Below are positions 58,984 through 64,000 of a DNA stretch of 64,000 nt, piece after piece. The stretch lies in assembly GCA_020184695.1 (NCBI GenBank), contig JAANOX010000055.1, positions 124,001-188,000 on the forward strand, given 5' to 3'. The position numbers and the translations under genes were made by a program. The notes beneath the pieces were generated by a model. The model worked only from the letters and a program-made list of their open reading frames with translations, did not search any database and was not told the origin of the DNA. Within the stretch, counting starts at the first letter, position 1, and each line of letters begins with the position of its first letter. The stretch comes from Histomonas meleagridis 2922-C6/04-290x (lineage: Eukaryota; Protista; Parabasalia).

Positions 58984-59529
58984 ATGGAACATCTAAGCAA
59001 CTACACACCTAACTTCATAAATACAAGCTATAAGAAAAAAAGGAAAACTTTTACCAATGAAGAAGATCAAGCTCTTATAAAACTTGTTCAAGAGTATGGA
59101 ACCAGAAATTGGAAATTCATATCCGATAAAATTAAAACTAGGAGTCCCAGACAATGCAGAGAAAGATGGAATTTCTATTTAAGCCCTAACGTGAACATTT
59201 CTCCTTGGACACCTGAAGAAGATCATATATTATTTGAGAAATATAATACGATGGGGCCAAAATGGTCATTGTTTTGCAAGTATTTTCATAATAGATCATT
59301 TAATAATATCAAAAATCGATGGAATACAATTATGCGAAAGATGAGAATATTGAGGTTGGATGCTAATTCAGTAGAAGACTTTTGCTTTTGTGGATGGTTA
59401 GTAACAAAATATTCCACAAGTTTCAAAGCAAAGGAAAATAAGGCAGATAAAGGATATGAAGACGAATCAAAGAATGATTGCATGCTTGACCCTTTGTATT
59501 TTTATCAAATAAGCAATTTGTTGAACTAG
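58984..59529 (+). CDS. R2R3 Myb transcription factor
   Basis: FTNEEDQAL..GTRNWKFIS..RSPRQCRERW..WTPEEDHIL..GPKWS..NNIKNRW. Confidence 0.92.
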   Translation: MEHLSNYTPNFINTSYKKKRKTFTNEEDQALIKLVQEYGTRNWKFISDKIKTRSPRQCRERWNFYLSPNVNISPWTPEEDHILFEKYNTMGPKWSLFCKYFHNRSFNNIKNRWNTIMRKMRILRLDANSVEDFCFCGWLVTKYSTSFKAKENKADKGYEDESKNDCMLDPLYFYQISNLLN

Positions 59530-60892
59530 CGAAAGATGCCTTTGGCTTGTGTATCGGTGACTTAATTAAATTCTATGTAAATGGAAAAACATGAAGAGCA
59601 TTGTTGGTTTGAGGTATTCTGAAAGTTATTTAACGACTTTTGTGCACAATTATCAACGGTTCTCTCAGAAAAATCAATTAATTTTGTATGCCGTCTGGAT
59701 AACCAAACTTGTTTGTCCGTTCCTCCATCTCAAATTTGATAGATACTGTTCATTTTTGTGTGACATTTTTCAACCGTCATTTTTTTGAATACACTTTGTG
59801 AAATAATTTATTCAATTCGAATTACCATGATCATTGAATTTTCAATATGTTGTGCAACATTTCAATGAGTGCACATAGATGAAAGTTAACTTAATTGTCT
59901 TCAACATTTATTTAAGCATATTGATGAAGTTAACAAGAGACATTTCCCCGCAACCTTGTGAATTACTTTCTTTTCGTTCAACCAGAAAAAAATGAAAATC
60001 GAAATTTTATTTCAATTTCTTTATTATTTTTTCATATTAAAGGTTACAAATGCTGAACTTATGGTTTCATATATCAAAAGTTCATTTGGCATAAAAATAT
60101 ATATTGATTATAAAAATTCTCAGCGGAGTTCAATTCTTTGTGATATAGAAATTTTTTAAAGAGATTTTATCGAAAATTTATCTTTTAATAATATATCGAA
60201 TATCAAATTGAAAATGTTAACAAGTAAAATCGTTTGAAGAAGAGATATAGGGTACTTGTTTTTCTATACATTCAATAACTCATGTACATCATTAGAACAT
60301 GCCTTGTTTAATGAGAGTGCATTCAAAAAAAAAATATTGTCTCAAAGAATTATATCGAGTATTTTTCTAATATGTTTTTCAATAATGAAGAAATGATGTC
60401 AACGGTTTGTCCCTACCTGAAAACTCTATATATTTGAATATGCATAAAAATTTCTGAATATTAATATTTTATTAAATTTCAATAAAATTTTGATTTTTCA
60501 CAATAAATCAATTTCCATTGAAAATAGGCTCTGTTTTGTTTTTTTTACATAATACATTTTGTGCAAAGTTTCTAGCAATTCTTTACTATTTAATTGCCGG
60601 TCAATTTCCCTATCAGCCATGCAATTCACATCAGCACGTGCAGCTGTGTCCTAAATATTTCTTGAATCATTATTTAGAAACTTAAAACTGATATTTTTGG
60701 AATTGCGATGTTTTGGATGTTACATACCCTAATTTTTCTCATTTTAATATCAAGAAATACTGAGATTTATCCAAGCGAATAGAAAATTTAACTGTTTGAT
60801 CGTTTCGGTTGCTTCGTAACAAAACAACTGTCATCTGACAACGATAAGTATTCAATTAACCCTTTATCGGGCGGTTTGTCAATTTGACATCA

Positions 60893-61318
60893 ATGCTTTC
60901 TTTGTTGCTGTGCTTCGTTGCCTCAAGCAAAAAATGCTTCAAGTTTTGCGAAAAATTTAACACTACATCATTAGAACATGCTTGCAAGGCAGGCTGTCTT
61001 GTACAAAGTAAGAAGCAAGTGAAATTTATAACAAAGCCAAAACAAACCATCAAACCTGAGAAAAATTGGGACTATGTTGTTATTAGGAATGATTGCGAGC
61101 GTTATTGCGGAAGACATTACGACAAAAAAAATGAGCATACTAGTGAATACTATAATTGCGAATATGGTTGCGGCTCATATAAACCTCGCTATGGAAGTTT
61201 ATCAGACTGCAAATCCTTGTGTCGTGCGCATACAACTAACCTTGGTTATCCTGAAGAACAATATGAAGCATGTGAGGTAGGATGCAGATACATGGATGGT
61301 AGTTCTTGGACTTACTAA
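60893..61318 (+). CDS. Small secreted Cys-rich protein with three CxxxC...CxxGC modules
   Basis: Signal-like MLSLLLCFVASS; modules CFKFC..CKAGC, CERYC..CEYGC, CKSLC..CEVGC; TAAA stop. Confidence 0.75.
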   Translation: MLSLLLCFVASSKKCFKFCEKFNTTSLEHACKAGCLVQSKKQVKFITKPKQTIKPEKNWDYVVIRNDCERYCGRHYDKKNEHTSEYYNCEYGCGSYKPRYGSLSDCKSLCRAHTTNLGYPEEQYEACEVGCRYMDGSSWTY

Positions 61319-61851
61319 AAGTAATTTGACAATAAGTAGATTTTTTCGAAAAACTCCAAAGAAGTGTGTTTTTTTCTCTTCATAAATTGATGTTAAAATT
61401 AGATGATTTTTCAAAAATTGTCTTGTGATTTTTTTAAATGGAATATGTTTTTATACACACATTAAGCGTTGCAGAATTGTTGTTGATTGGTTTGAAATCA
61501 ATTTTAACTTGTAAAATAATTATTTAAATTTTTCGACTTGAAATATAAATGACTTTTTACCTTGAAAGAAGAATAAATGCCCACCATTATTTCAATACAG
61601 TTTTATACATTTTTCAATTAAATTTTTATTTTTTATGAGAAATTACTTTTTTTTATTTTTAAAATGAATTTGCATACCCAAATGAATTCAAATCAAAAAT
61701 GGATATTCATTTCATTCAAATAATAAAAGTTTATAAACTCAAGATTTCCTGATTGAAAAGATTTGCATAAATCAAATTCTGGAATTTATTTATTTTCAAT
61801 AAAATATTTCATTAACATTGTATTTCCAGTTTTTACTAACTTTCGGATAAA

Positions 61852-62847
61852 TCAAGAACAAATTTCCATACCTTCATCTTCTAAAAAAAATAATATTTCT
61901 AAGTTATTGGACTGAATACATTTAATTCCTAAATCAGTTAAATTTATAAATTTTTTTCTCATTTCATAAAAATAATGAAAAATATCATTTCGATGATATT
62001 CAATTGCTGTCTCATTCACTAAATCAAAAAATGAATCATTTTGTTCACATAAATGAATAATTTCTAAATTTCCTCCTGCAATTGCATAACGAAATGTTTT
62101 GTAAAGCTTTGCATCATTTAATAACAAATATTTAAAACATTGAACTGATCCAAAATATGCTGAATAATTAATTAATGTTGGATTACTAAATAGTAACGAA
62201 GATTTTTCATAAATACATGGTTTAATTCTTTGATTAAAATTAAAATTTGCTTGTGATGCTATTTGTTGTAGTTTATCAACATCATCATTTCTAATAAATG
62301 TTGCAATTGCCATTGGATTAACTCCTTCTTTAATGTAACTTTTATGAAATTTCAAATCAAGTTGGTAAAGTGTATCAACATATTTTCCAAATTTTTTTAT
62401 ATCTTTATCAGAAATATTTAATATTTCTTCTTTTGTTTTATAATGTGAAAAATAAGGTTTTGTTAAGTTCTTTTGAAAATGTGCAATAATGAGTTTTTGT
62501 GCAATCATCTTTCCAATTAAATAATATGATTCTCTTGTTTTTAATTCAAGAAGAAGCTTACAGAAGCATGATATTATTTTTGGATTGTTTATATTTATTT
62601 CTTCTTCTGAGTTTTCGATTAACTTCAAATATGTAAGATATAAAATTGAGTTAGCCTGTCGAATTATAAATGCTGAATATATATATCTGCAGAGAAGAAG
62701 ATTGAATGAATAAGGAAAATTTTCTATTTCTGAAAACAAATCCATTGTTTCTTTAACAATAGGTTTAATGTTACTTTTATTTAATGAAAAAACATTTGCT
62801 TCTAATGATAGCATAAATTTTTTCCAATCAAATGTTTTTTGGTTCAT
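61852..62847 (-). CDS. DUF3447/ankyrin-associated protein, probably prematurely truncated
   Basis: IRNDDVDKLQ, PTLINYSAYFGSVQCFKYLLLN, YAIAGGNLEIIHLCEQ, AIEYHRNDIF. Confidence 0.8.
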   Translation of the reverse strand: MNQKTFDWKKFMLSLEANVFSLNKSNIKPIVKETMDLFSEIENFPYSFNLLLCRYIYSAFIIRQANSILYLTYLKLIENSEEEININNPKIISCFCKLLLELKTRESYYLIGKMIAQKLIIAHFQKNLTKPYFSHYKTKEEILNISDKDIKKFGKYVDTLYQLDLKFHKSYIKEGVNPMAIATFIRNDDVDKLQQIASQANFNFNQRIKPCIYEKSSLLFSNPTLINYSAYFGSVQCFKYLLLNDAKLYKTFRYAIAGGNLEIIHLCEQNDSFFDLVNETAIEYHRNDIFHYFYEMRKKFINLTDLGIKCIQSNNLEILFFLEDEGMEICS

Positions 62848-63291
62848 CCACTTACCTCACGTCTAGTATATATAAACCACCTGTAAAAATGAATTTAACC
62901 ACAGAAAATAACGTATTTTCCGTTAAATTTTGATATATACCATATAGTAGTCCTGTAAGAAGACGTCAAAACTTTCAGAAGAGTAAAATATTTTTCGACC
63001 CGTAAACTCAGTGTTGCAAAACAAACAAATATTTTTTTTAATTACAAATTTAACAAGGATTTAATTGATAATAGCCTTGTTACTGATAAGGATTTAAAAT
63101 CAATAAATGAAAAATAATATTTAACAAGACAAAAGCAAAAACAGAAAATATCGAAAAAGTTAATGAATAATTTAAACGAGTTGAAGAAATTCGAGTTGGT
63201 TTTGTTGATCTGTAAAACTACTTACAGTATTTATCGAAAGCCAAGAAGTAGCATAGAAGAAGATTCTGAATTCGAATTTTCTTTTGCACCT

Positions 63292-63759
63292 TTTTCAATG
63301 AAACTTTAAAATCTGTGATTAGTGATTAGTCAATCTGGATTATCATTATAATTATATATATTAAATTATACCAATGTTTAAACGAAGAAAAATCTTTGGT
63401 AAAACATCAAAACGTTTTATTCGATCACAATGTAAATTACGTACTGAGGATTCATTGTAACAAAAAAATTCAAATTGTAAAACAACAAAAACAATTATTA
63501 TCATTTATCACAAACATGAGAACTTGATTTTGTAAATTTTCAATGAAACTTTAAAATCTGTGATTAGTGATTAGTCAATCTGGATTATCATTATAATTAT
63601 ATATATTAAATTATACCAATGTTTAAACGAAGAAAATTCTTTGGTAAAACAAAACGTTTTATTCGATCACAATGTAAATTACGTACTGAGGATTCATTGT
63701 AACAAAAAAATTCAAATTGTAAAACAACAAAAACAATTATTATCATTTATCACAAACAT
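63292..63759. repeat. Tandem duplication, period 245 nt
   Basis: 63292-63517 vs 63537-63759; one substitution and one 3-nt deletion seen. Confidence 0.92.
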
Positions 63760-63788
63760 TTTCAATTCAGTTTACTTTCAAACATTGC

Positions 63789-64000
63789 TTAGAACTCATA
63801 GCCCAAGTTAGACAGCCTTATGATCACATGCTTCGAATAGGACCTCTTCACAAGCTCATCATAATTTTCATACACAACATTATAAATTGCAGATTGTTGA
63901 CTCTCAGAGCCGAACTCAATGATTCTTTGTATCACATAGTTACCAAATTGGTCGCCGACCATTTTCGCGATTCTTTCTTCTTCATATTCATCTTCGTGTC
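63789..64000 (-). CDS. Pumilio/PUF RNA-binding protein, 3' end (runs off window)
   Basis: From 63998: HEDEYEEERIAKMVGDQFGNYVIQRIIEFG...YSKHVIIRLSNLGYEF*. Not in the ORF track. Confidence 0.88.
   Translation of the reverse strand, partial: HEDEYEEERIAKMVGDQFGNYVIQRIIEFGSESQQSAIYNVVYENYDELVKRSYSKHVIIRLSNLGYEF

Overview
AT-rich eukaryotic DNA from a parabasalid (Trichomonas/Tritrichomonas-like; inferred). Support: BspA-type LRR proteins, DUF3447 and ankyrin families, hydrogenosomal-type Hsp70 and Nfu with short ML/MI presequences, essentially intronless genes, and TAA stops overlapping the TAAA polyadenylation signal. Housekeeping genes include Hsp70, FKBP, CCT1, Nfu, MORN, two BEACH proteins, a HEAT protein, VPS9-like proteins, G-alpha, Myb, a PUF 3' end and tRNA-Gln(UUG). 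The window also holds two multi-kb inverted duplications (a BspA pair with different C-terminal tails, and a RhoGEF-kelch pair flanking a VPS9 gene), a decayed pogo/Fot DD35D transposase, two NEK-kinase/Rab-like fusion genes and a secreted triple Cys-hairpin protein. The most unusual signal is at 53695-54739 and 16877-17187 (minus strand). There, intact 90-nt ankyrin-repeat modules are each separated by an AT-rich, frame-breaking spacer of about 80 nt. The spacers sit at the same loop position, carry a GGA-type motif exactly 24 nt before the next repeat, and lack trichomonad spliceosomal signals. This suggests an undescribed intervening-sequence (splicing or recoding) system. Many 1-2 nt frameshifts in homopolymer or dinucleotide runs look like consensus errors.
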